Notes: generated by a model from the sequence alone, not told the origin. A stretch of 64,000 nucleotides of DNA from Mobula hypostoma (GCF_963921235.1 NC_086107.1:111478001-111542000), one strand, 5' to 3'; positions 54,440 through 63,308 are shown, numbered from the stretch's first letter. Translations and numbers: made by a program.

Positions 54440-55567
54440 TGCCCCTTTTCGAGCTGCTGCCGTCAGGAAGGAGGTACAGGAGCCTTAGCTTCCACACCAC
54501 CAGGTTCAGGAACAGTTATTACCCCTCAACCATCAGGCTCCTGAACCAGCATGGATACTTTCACTCAGCTCAACTCTGAACTGATTCCACAACCTGCAGA
54601 CTCACTTGCAAGGACTCTACCACCCAAGTTCTCGGTATTTATTGCTTTTTGATTGGTTGTATTTGCGCAGTTCGTCATCTTTTGCCAGTCTTTGCATGTA
54701 TTTTTGTATTTCTCTGTTCTACTGGGAATCCCTGCAAGAAAATTATAGTCATAGTCATAGTCATACTTTATTGATCCCGAGGGAAATTGATTTTCGTTAC
54801 AGTTGCCCCAACCAAGAATAGAGTATAAATATAGCAATATAAAACCATAAACAATTAAATAGAAATATGTAAATTATGCCAGGAAATAAGTCCAGGACCA
54901 GCCTATTGGCTCAGGGTGTCTGAGAATCCAAGGGAGGAGTTGTAAAGTTTGATGGCCATAGGCAGGAATGACTTCCTATGACACTCTGTGCTGCATCTCG
55001 GTGGAATGAGTCTCTGGCTGAATGTATTCCTGTGCCCAACCAGTACATTATGTAGTGGATAGGAGACATTGTCCAAGATGGCATGCAATTTGGACAGCAT
55101 CCTCTTTTCAGACACCACCGTCAGAGAGTCCAGTTTCATCCCCACAACATCACTGGCCTTACGAATGAGTTTGTTGATTCTGTTGGTGTTTGCTACCCTC
55201 AGCCTGCTGCCCCAGCACACAACAGCAAACATGATAGCACTGGCCACCATAGACTCGTAGAACATCCTCAGCATCATCTGGCAGATGTTAAAGGACCTCA
55301 GTCTCCTCAGGAAATAGAGACGGCTCTGACCCTTCTTGTAGACAGCCTCAGTGTTCTTGGACCAGTCCAGTTTATTGTCAATTCATATCCCCAGGTATTT
55401 GTAATCCTCCACCATGTCCACACTGACCCCCTGGATGGAAACAGGGGTCACCGGTACCTTAGCTCTCCTCAGGTCTACCACCAGCTCCTTAGTCTTTTTC
55501 ACACTAAGCTGCAGAATCTCAAGGTCACATATACGTACTTTAATAGTAAATTTATTTTGAACTTTGA
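54440..55567 (+). mobile_element. Rex1-type LINE 3' fragment split by the insertion at 54,745-55,513
   Basis: Encodes LLPSGRRYRSLSFHTTRFRNSYYPSTIRLLN. The UTR stops at GCAAGAAAAT and resumes at GAATCTCAAGG...TAAATTTATTTTGAACTTTGA (55,514-55,567). Confidence 0.75.
54745..55513 (-). mobile_element. 5'-truncated Rex1/Babar LINE, RT C-terminal pseudogene with a single in-frame stop
   Basis: LQLSVKKTKELVVDLRR...YKYLGI*IDNKLDWSKNTEAVYKKGQSRLYFLRRLRSF...KSFLPMAIKLYN in one frame (stop at 55,383-55,385), with a (GACTAT)n tail after AATAAA. Confidence 0.92.
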
Positions 55568-55574
55568 GCACCAG

Positions 55575-55740
55575 AGGGCCAGTGCGGAAGGTGCAGTGCA
55601 CTGCTGAAGGAACACCAAACTGATGGAGCTGAGGGGGTATAGTGATAGACCATTGCACTGAATACTGAGGGAGCATCACTGTCGGAATAGCAGTGCTGAG
55701 GGAGAACTCCCGTGTCAAAGGTACAATACTGAGGCACTGT
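55575..55740 (-). repeat. Inverted degenerate satellite-like monomers
   Basis: AATACTGAGGGAGCATCACTGTCGGAATAGCAGTGCTGAGGGAG...CAATACTGAGG. The minus-strand translation PQYCTFDTGVLPQHCYSDS echoes LPQYCPSDS. Confidence 0.75.
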
Positions 55741-55794
55741 AAGAACAATAGAGAGGGAGTATCAATGTAGAGGGAGAATTAGTGTTGAAAGCAG

Positions 55795-56725
55795 TAAGTT
55801 CGTTAAGTTTGAGCTTTATTGTCAATGCTAAGGACAACGAAAGTGCAGTAATACCATTCAGAGCAAGCACCACACTAGCAATTCAATTACTAATACCACA
55901 ATGATGAAACTTAAAATAACATCAGAGTTATTTAGAATGTCATCTATTGTCATCTGGCAGATGTTAAAGGACCTCAGTCTCCTCAGGAAATAGAGACGGC
56001 TCTGACCCTTCTTGTAGACAGCCTCAGTGTTCTTGGACCAGTCCAGTTTATTGTCAATTCATATCCCCAGGTATTTGTAATCCTCCACCAACAGAACTGA
56101 AAACAAACAACTCCAAAACGGGACATTGTTCATTTCCATGACAGCCCTGGGGAAGAAGCTGTTTCTCAGCCTGAATGTCTGTGCAGGGACATTTATGTCT
56201 CTCCTGCCAGACGGTAGGAGATCGAACAGGTGAATACTGAGCTGGGATGAGCCCATCACCACTTTGCGAGCCTGCCGTAGACATCGTCAGTTGTAGATGG
56301 TTTCCATATCTGGTAGCTGTGTCCCAGTGATGTTCTGTGCAGTCCTGTTCATTCACTGAAGTGCTTTTTGGTCAATCTCATTGCAGCTAATGTACACACT
56401 GAAATGTAGTAGGTCAGTATGCTCTCAATTGCACATTGATAAAGGTTTACCTGCAGCTTTTGGGGCAGATTTGCTCTCTTTATACTCCTAAGAAAGATTA
56501 AGCACTGCCGAGCCCTCACTACTATCGAGGAGGTGATGCTGGTCCAAGAGGGCTCCTCTGTGATGTTCACTCTCAAGAACTTAAAGCTGGAGACCCTTTC
56601 CACTGCTTCACTGTTAATTAGTAATGAAGCTTGTTCGCTTCTTCTCGATGTCCTGAAATTGATAATCATTTCTTTGTTGCTTTTTGATGTTGAGTGAAAG
56701 GTTATGGTTATTACACTGTTGGTTG
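55795..56725 (-). mobile_element. 5'-truncated, frameshifted Rex1/Babar LINE
   Basis: NLSLNIKK / IINFR...VERVSSFKFLRVNI...LYQCAIESILTY / LFDLLPSGRR...RLRNSFFPRAV, with an rc AATAAA tail near 55,815. Confidence 0.88.
55950..56090 (-). repeat. 141-bp exact copy of 55,274-55,414 inserted in the 3' UTR of a different Rex element
   Basis: Base-by-base identity from TCATCTGGCAG to TCCTCCACCA, offset 676 bp. Confidence 0.95.
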
Positions 56726-56944
56726 GACAATACTGTGTGTGTGTGTGGGGAGGGGGTGGTCACTGCTCTGCTGGAGGTACGGTTTAGACAGGCAGTACTG
56801 AGAGAGTTGTGCACTGTTGAGCAGCTCAATGTTTGATTTCCAGAGTCATTATGTTTGAGGTGGAAGACTGAGCATTAATAAATGTTCAAAAAGAAAATGG
56901 TGGAAATGTTCAGTAGGTCAGGCAGCATCTGTGGAAAGATGTTA

Positions 56945-57253
56945 AAGGCATCCGTTAGTCTAGCGAGACCATGGATCTGCGCCTGGAAAGTCTTCACACT
57001 CCAGGGCGCGGGCCTGGGCAAGGTTGTATGGAAGACCAGCAGTTGCCCATGCTGCAAGTCTCCCCTCTCCACGACACCGATGTTGTCCAAGGGAAGGGCA
57101 TTAGGACCCATACAGCTTGACACCAGTGTCGTCGCAGAGCAATGTGTGGTTAAGTGCCTTGCTCAAGGACACACACGCTGCCTCGGCTGGGGCTCGAACT
57201 CACGACCTTCAGATCACTGGTCGAATGCCTTAACCACTTGGCCACATGCCCAC
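56945..57253 (-). mobile_element. Full-length tRNA-derived SINE with CORE-like central motif
   Basis: Minus strand has A box TGGCCAAGTGG, B box GAGTTCGAGCC and central GTGTCCTTGAGCAAGGCACTTAACC. The TSD is 12 bp with one mismatch: GGAAAGATGTTA (56,933-56,944) / GGAAAGACGTTA (57,254-57,265). Confidence 0.9.
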
Positions 57254-57634
57254 GGAAAGACGTTAGGACCGGTAAATAGAGAGAGACACACAACTTAGTT
57301 TTCAGTAGGAGGGAAGTGTTGCAAGGATCTGTAGAACAAAGAGATTGTCTATGATAGGACAAGTTCAAGGATCAAGAATCAACTCTATTCACCATACACA
57401 TTTACACGCATTAGGAAGCTGCTGTGGCATGTAAGTACCAACAACAACACATGATATGGAGCAAACTTAGTACACTGGAAACCATCTCCATTAAGCCAGG
57501 AAAAGTCATTGCGGGCACTACCCACCCAGCAAACTGCCTTTTCTGAAAGCTCTCTTCTGAAAAGCTCTATAGAGCCAATAAAATGAAAGCTTTACATCAT
57601 CTTAAAAGTTTTTTCCCCAGGCAGTTAATCTAAT

Positions 57635-57828
57635 GGGGTGTATGGGGTGTCTAGAGAGGGGTAGCACCTGTAGTGTGGGGGTTTGCCGTGCCCTTTTTCA
57701 GGGCAGCTCGTCCACCTCTGGTACCCACCTGGCGCTCAGCTCTCACCTGTGGCTCCAAGTAGCTGTAGCACGCGCAGTGGCCACACCCCGGTAAACCGTC
57801 TCGGCAGACGGGCCAAACCAGGTGAGGG
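57635..57828 (+). ncRNA. HDV-like (nested double pseudoknot) ribozyme, copy 1
   Basis: P1 GGGGTGT 57635-41 / ACACCCC 57783-89; P2 57740-50 / 57817-28; P3 GGC/GCC; L3 TCCAAGT; P1.1 CC/GG 57790-91; P4 CCGTCT/AGACGG; J4/2 G-C-CAA with putative catalytic C at 57,813. Confidence 0.85.
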
Positions 57829-58166
57829 TAGCCGCCGGGTCTTCGACCATCGGTGAGATAGGGGATCTGCCTGTCCCAGCATGTGAAGTCTGGCCATGGC
57901 GGATTGAGCAGAGGAGACCGATTAATGGTCCAACGGTCAGGAAGGCAGGCCAGTGGGCGTTTGTGGAGCGCTAAGAGCACGACAAGGCACTTAGACATCC
58001 TGGTCATCCACTGCAAGAGGTGGTGATCTCTTTAAACTCACCCGGCAGAAGGCAAAGGCAAACCACTGCTGTAACTTGCCACGAACATGATTTCCCAACA
58101 TGTCAGAGTAGCGTGGAGGGAACTCGTCAGCCAACTGGAAATTTCAGATGCGACCTAACGACGACG
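57635..58166 (+). mobile_element. Non-autonomous retroelement with 5' HDV-like ribozyme and RTE-like 3' part (copy 1)
   Basis: Perfect 12-bp TSD AGTTAATCTAAT (57,623-57,634 / 58,167-58,178) and (ACG)n tail. GAAGGCAAAGGCAAACCACT resembles the RTE/Bov-A motif. The 5' 380 nt are colinear with 62,428-62,807. It is inserted in a Rex remnant (KSFFPQAVNLIN). Confidence 0.9.
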
Positions 58167-58779
58167 AGTTAATCTAATCAACCATTCTAGTCAGACCCCC
58201 ACACCCCTCTCTATACATTACATCAATCACTGCACTATGAACTCTTTAAACCATTTTTATAATGCTGTTTACAATATAAATTCATGTTGGTATTTATGTA
58301 TTTATTCCATATATGTATTGGCACAACAAAAGACAACATTCAATAATTATAAGGAGTACAGAATTATTCAGAAATAAGTTAGGGGTTAAAGTACAGAAAT
58401 TGGAATAAATGCATAAATATCAGCCACTTTTAGTCCTCCTAATTTCATCCTTAAAGATCTCTTCCATTTTCTTCAAGATCCCCTGGGTAACAGTCTTGTT
58501 CCTCAGACTTGTGCTGGGTCTTGAAACCTTGCAGAAGACCACAGAGAGAGTGGAAGTGGGATAACGGCCATCAAACAGAGCCAGGGTCACTCCCGCCGGC
58601 TGAGAGAAGGTGCTGCGTGAAACTATCACCCAGTTCACATCTGGTTCCCAACGTAGCGGAGGCCTCATTGTAAATATCAAATGCAGTACAGCACTACAGA
58701 TCCCCTACACTTCTGAATGAGCCCTCATACCTCAAATCTGACATATGGACATACTTTCGTCCTTAAAGACGGCAGAACT

Positions 58780-58989
58780 AACTTCTCTCTCCCTCTCCAT
58801 CCCCTTTTCTCTCTAATACACACACTTACTCTTTCCTTTACACATTCTCCTTCACACATACACACTTACTCTCTCTCTTACATCCTCAAATACACACACA
58901 CACACTACGCACTCTCTCTCTTTCACCCTCACACACACCATTCTCTCTCTCTCCCCTCCCCCTCCTCGCCTCCCCTTCCTCCCCCTCCC

Positions 58990-59035
<46 letters not shown>

Positions 59036-59075
59036 CCCTCCCCCTCCTACCCCTCCCCTCCTCCCTCCCTCTACA
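58780..59075. repeat. Low-complexity (CA)n/(CT)n and homopyrimidine tract
   Basis: Interspersed CA and CT runs, a pure (CT)n at ~58,993-59,030, and CCCCT-rich flanks. Confidence 0.95.
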
Positions 59076-59627
59076 GATAGGAAGCGAACTGCTGATTCAC
59101 CTGCAGAAGTCTCTCTGGAATCTCAGATACTGGGGGGAAGGGAAGAAGTGAAAGGACAGATGTTACGCATTATGTGGCTGAACCATTTTTCAGCTCCCAG
59201 TGCAAAGTGGATTTTTTTAAAACTCACTTCATTCTCACCAACACAATGTGGCAGCGCAGGGAAATTGCAGAGCTCCACACATCTTTGACTTTTCTGTGGT
59301 TTCAAATTACATCCAGCAGGGGGCCCTGGGTACCGACAGGATCAGAAGCTTGTGCTGGTTTCAGGAGGAGGGTCGTCTCCGATACCAGACAATAATGACA
59401 AAGCAGACGGAAGGATGACATATGGAATTTAACACGTTCATTCTGAGTTGATCAGACATCCCACCCTGCAAAAACTCATTTCAGGGAGGTAGCACCATCA
59501 ATTTGCGGGAGACTCCCGGAACTTCCGGGAGAGGTGGGATGTCTGCAATAGAGTAGCTCCTGAGCAGCTAGCCAGCTAGTTTAAATAACATTAGCTATGC
59601 TAATGAACGAATGACTGTTAAACTCAC

Positions 59628-59795
59628 CTCAACATGTCTTTTACAGTCTTAACCCACCATGGGCAATAGAAAAGTCACTGTTGCAAACAGTGCAGCGAGC
59701 AACACTGTCATTATTTTGACCCCTATTAGGCAGGGGTACACTTTAGTGTAGTCTGGGGTGACGTACGTTTTATATTTTTTTTGGAACACTGCCAT
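59628..59795 (-). pseudogene. Frameshifted first exon of a hAT transposase (BED-type zinc-finger region)
   Basis: Manual translation: MAVFQKKYKTYVTPDYTKVYPCLIGVK/NNDSVARCTVCNSDFSIAHGGL/DCKRHVE, then splice donor GAG|GTGAGT. CxxC...FSIxHGG..D..RH is typical of hAT transposase N-termini. Confidence 0.75.
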
Positions 59796-59799
59796 GGCG

Positions 59800-59962
59800 T
59801 GCTCTCTCTCTCTCTATCGTGGTCGCTTTCTCTCTCGCTCTCTCTACCTTGCTCGCGCGCTCTCGCTTGCTTGCTCTCGCTCTCTCTCGCGTGATCTCTC
59901 TCTCGTTGTGGTTCTCGCGCTTTCTCTTTTGCTTTCTCTCTCGCGCTCTTTCGCTCGCTCGC
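59800..59962. repeat. Compound (CT)/(CG) microsatellite inside the hAT element
   Basis: CTCTCTCGCGCTCT-type low-complexity run. Confidence 0.85.
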
Positions 59963-60109
59963 CCTCAAAAAATTGATTTCCGTGATATTGTATATAACTT
60001 CCGGGCATCAGGGAGCCACTATTAATATGCGGGAGACTCCCGGAACCTCCGGGAGGGGTGGGATGTCTGAGTTGATGCATGTTGGTACTTTTAATAAAAA
60101 TAATACGTA

Positions 60110-61310
60110 CACTATGAATGATATGGAACTGGAGAGTATTTAGGAACAAGTGGACTTTGAGGTACATGTCCAAGAATCACTGAAGATGGTTGAGAAGGTG
60201 TGCGAGAGACTTGCTTTCATTTGCCAAGCATACAGCATAGGAACAGGGAGGGCCCGTTTCTGTGCTCTATGACCCCATGACCCTGTGAAGCAAAACAGCC
60301 CGGAATACAGAAACACAAGCATCAACATAGCATGCCCACCACCTTCATCAGAGGGTGCAGGGGAGACTTACCAGGATGCTGCCTGGTCTGAGAGTATGTC
60401 TAATGAAGATAGGTTGAGCGAGCAAGGGCTTTTCTCATAGAAACATAGAAAACCTACAGCACATTACAGGCCCTTCGGCCCACAAAGTTGTGCCGAACAT
60501 GTCCTATGCTCCATGTACCTATCTAAAGGTCTCCTAAAAGACCCCATCGTACCTGCCACCACTACCGTTGCTGGCAGCCCATTCCATGCACTCACCGCTC
60601 TCTGAGTAAAAAACTTACCCCTGACATCACCTCTGTACCTACTCCCCAGCACCTTAACCTGTGTCCTCTTGCAGCAACCATTTCAGCCCTGGGAAAAAAC
60701 CTCTGACTATCCACATGATAAATGCCTCTCATCATCTTATACACCTCTGTCAGGTCACCTCTCATCCTCCGTCGCTCCAAGGAGAAAAGGCCGAGTTCAC
60801 TCAACCTATTCTCATGAGGCATGCTCCCCAATCCAGGCAACATCCTTGTAAATCTCCTCTGCACCCTTTCTATGGTTTCCACATCCTTCCTGTAGTGAGG
60901 CGACCAGAACTGAGCACAGTACTCCAAGTGGGGTCTGACCAGGGTCCTATATAGCTGCAACATTGCCTCTCGGCTCCTAAATTCAATTCCACAATAGATG
61001 AAGGCCAATACACCGTATGCCTTCTTAACCACAGAGTCAACCTGCGCAGTGCTTTGAGTATCCTATAGACTCAGACCCCCAAGATCCCTCTGATCCTCCA
61101 CACTGCCAAGAGTCTTACCATTAATACTATATTCTGCCATCATATTTGACCTCTTTGGAGAGTAGGAGAGTGAGAGGTGACTTGGTAGAGGTGTACGGGA
61201 CGATAGGAGACATAGATTGAGGGGATAGACAGAGACCTGTTATCTTGGGCAGAAATGGCTAGTAGCAGGGGCGTAACTTTAAGGTGATTGGAGGAAAGTA
61301 TGGGGGGGTT
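60110..61310 (+). mobile_element. Old CR1-type LINE fragments, split by an opposite-strand CR1
   Basis: GGGTGCAGGGGAGACTTACCAGGATGCTGCCTGG (VQGRLTRMLPG)...GGGCTTTTCTC | TTTGGAGAGTAGGAGAGTGAGAGGTGACTTGGTAGAGGTGTAC (LFSLE..RVRGDLVEVY) continues after 61,151. Confidence 0.75.
60437..61151 (-). mobile_element. 5'-truncated CR1-type LINE (RT C-terminal region plus 3' UTR)
   Basis: ORF 60592..61032 reads LYRTLVRPHLEYCAQFWSPHYRKDVETIERVQRRFTRMLPGL...LFSLERRRMRGDLTEVYK, with a TTTCTATG-repeat tail. Confidence 0.93.
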
Positions 61311-61454
61311 GTTGTTTGATCTTGGATAAAGAGTTGTTGAAAGAATAATTACACGGATAAACGATTATAAACATAATGAAGTGAACAATCCCAACTTGTG
61401 GAACAGCAGATAGAAACTGGGGATAGCATATCTTCAGGATGCTTATTATGAGTG

Positions 61455-62000
61455 AAACACGGACAGAATGCTGGAGGAACTCAGCGGGCCAGACAGCGTC
61501 TACGGTAATAAACGAAACACTCGATGTTTCGGGCCAAGAACTTTCCTCAGGATTGAGAAGGAAGGGGGGAAGACACCAGAATAAAAAGGTGGGGGAAGGG
61601 GAAGGAGATTAGCTAGAAGGTGGGGAGGAAAGGTAAAGGGGTTGGAGAGGAAGGATTCTGATAAGGGAGGAGAGTGGACCGTGGGAGAAAGGGAAGAAGG
61701 AGGGACACCAGGTGGAGGTGATAGGCAGGTGAGGGGAAGAGATAAAGGGCTGGAGAAGAAGAAATCTGATAGGAGAGGAAAGTGGACCGAAGGAGAAGGG
61801 AAGGAGGAGGGGCACCAGGGGGTGGTGATAGGCAGGTGAAGAGAAGAGGTAAGGGGCCACAGTGAGGAATAAAAGAAGAGGGAAGGGAAGAAGGAAAAAA
61901 TTACCTGAGGGAGTAATCGATGTTCATACCATCAGGGTGGAGGCTACTCAGATTGAATATAAGGTGTTGCTCTTCCATCATGAGGGATGGCCTCATCGTG
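61455..62000 (-). mobile_element. Penelope-like element 3' fragment (end of GIY-YIG endonuclease plus terminal repeat region)
   Basis: Minus strand 61,912-61,985 translates MEEQHLIFNLSSLHPDGMNIDY, followed by a pyrimidine-rich UTR and a hammerhead-like motif. Confidence 0.8.
61515..61556 (-). ncRNA. Decayed minimal type-I hammerhead ribozyme motif
   Basis: Minus strand CAATC-CTGAGGA-AAGTTCTTGGCCC-GAAACATC-GAGTG: CUGANGA and GAAA cores are present but the stems are mismatched. Confidence 0.55.
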
Positions 62001-62427
62001 ATTATTCAGTCCTTCCTCCACATTGTCAAATGCAAGCTGTCAGTTACGGAGATCAAACAGTTCCAAACTGCATTAATGCACTTTAAAGAAGTGATTGAGT
62101 AACTGGGGCTGATAATCAGGCCTCACACGCAATCTGCTTCTTGTTTAGGAAGCTCCACAATTGCTTGCAAATATCTACGTGTGCATACTGGGTAAGCTAT
62201 CCAAGACCTTTTATAGAAAACAATTAGCTTTATTTCCTCTTCAAAAAGACTCCAAATTAGATTAACTTTATTTGTCCCATGTAAATGAAACATAGAAGCA
62301 TACAGTGAAATGGGTCAAGATTTAGGTTTATTTTGCACATTTACATCAAAACATACAGAAAAGTGCGTTGTTTGTGTTGAAAACCAACATAACTAAGTGT
62401 TGTGCGTTCAATATTTCAATACTATTT

Positions 62428-62621
62428 GGGGTGTATGGAGTGTCAGGGAGGGGTAGCACCTCTGGTGGGGGAACATGTCGCGTCCTTTTCAGGGCGGTTA
62501 GTCCACCTTTGGTCCCCACCTGGCACTCAGCTCTCACCTGTGGCTCCCCGTAGCTATTTGCATACGACAGCGGCCACACCCCGGGCAACGGCTTCGACAA
62601 GCCGGCTAAACCAGGTGAGGG
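62428..62621 (+). ncRNA. HDV-like ribozyme, copy 2
   Basis: P1 GGGGTGT 62428-34 / ACACCCC 62576-82; P2 62531-41 / 62610-21; P3 GGC/GCC; L3 TCCCCGT; P1.1 GG 62583-84 then GCAA; P4 CGGCTT/AAGCCG; J4/2 G-C-TAA with putative catalytic C at 62,606. Confidence 0.88.
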
Positions 62622-62985
62622 TAGCCGACGGGTCTCAAACCCTCGGTGAGATAGGGAGTTGTCTATCCCAGCATGTGAAGACAGACTCCGGCGGATTGAG
62701 CGGACGAGACCTATAGAAGGTCCAACGGTCAAGAAGGCGGTCTCTGCAAGCGTTGTGGAACGTGTAGAGCACGACAAGACACGGAAGACGTCCTGATCAT
62801 CCACTGCGCCTAGTCCCATCTCCAGCCATCTCGACTCTGTCTTGCCACTGGATCCAGATGGGAATTGGGAAGAGAGAGTGAGGCTGACGCTGCGCATCTC
62901 TCCCTCACTTAAATCCAAATCTCGCGCTAGTCTCGACACCATCAATGGTGTCAAGGTCTTCATCGACGACGACGATGGACGAACA
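62428..62985 (+). mobile_element. Non-autonomous retroelement with 5' HDV-like ribozyme (copy 2, different 3' module)
   Basis: TSD ACTATTT (62,421-27 / 62,986-92), (GAC)n-type tail, and 5' 380 nt homologous to 57,635-58,014. Confidence 0.88.
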
Positions 62986-63044
62986 ACTATTTGTGTGATA
63001 TCATAAACTTATTGTTTGATTAAGCATTTTTTATAATAATAAAA

Positions 63045-63308
63045 TCACACCGTGGGTTGGCAATGTTTTACAGTGCAGGTGACCCGGGTTCAATTCCCAA
63101 TACTGCCTGCAGGGAGTTTGTACGTTCTCCCCGTGACCGCGCGGGTTTCCTCCGGGTGCTGCACAGTGCAAAAGCGCACCGGTTGGTAGGTTACTTGGTC
63201 GTTGTAAATTTTCCTGTGATTGGGCTGGGGCTAAATCGGAGATTGCTGGGTGCCGTGGCGCGAAGGGCCAGAAGGATCTATTCCACGTTTTTATCTCAAT
63301 TAAATAAG
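63045..63308 (+). mobile_element. tRNA-derived V-SINE (HE1-like), decayed
   Basis: B box GGTTCAATTCC at 63,087-63,097, V-domain-like GGAGTTTGTACGTTCTCCCCGTGACCGCGCGGGTTTCCTCCGGGTGCT, and an A-rich end. Confidence 0.8.

Larger units (their letters stand above)
59453..60069 (-). mobile_element. Internally deleted hAT-type DNA transposon
   Basis: Perfect 14-bp TIRs CAGACATCCCACCC / GGGTGGGATGTCTG, direct repeat AGTTGAT on both flanks (59,446-52 / 60,070-76), and a retained transposase N-terminal exon. Confidence 0.88.

Noticed and set aside
57180..57253. tRNA gene
   Set aside because: The A/B boxes belong to a TSD-flanked SINE head. The same reasoning applies to the B box at 63,087.
58420..58680. 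86-aa minus-strand ORF in apparently unique sequence as a host exon
   Set aside because: No recognisable motif or convincing splice-site pair. It would need RNA-seq or BLASTX support.
59076..59290. Possible exon after polypyrimidine tract plus CTACAG acceptor
   Set aside because: The tract is a microsatellite, the open frame has no recognisable protein similarity, and no clear donor follows.
53509..61032. Rex and CR1 ORFs as functional genes
   Set aside because: All are 5'-truncated C-terminal fragments with stops or frameshifts and no RT catalytic core.
62346..62963. 205-aa minus-strand ORF
   Set aside because: It is antisense to the ribozyme element, runs across the insertion boundary, and is not preserved at full length in copy 1.
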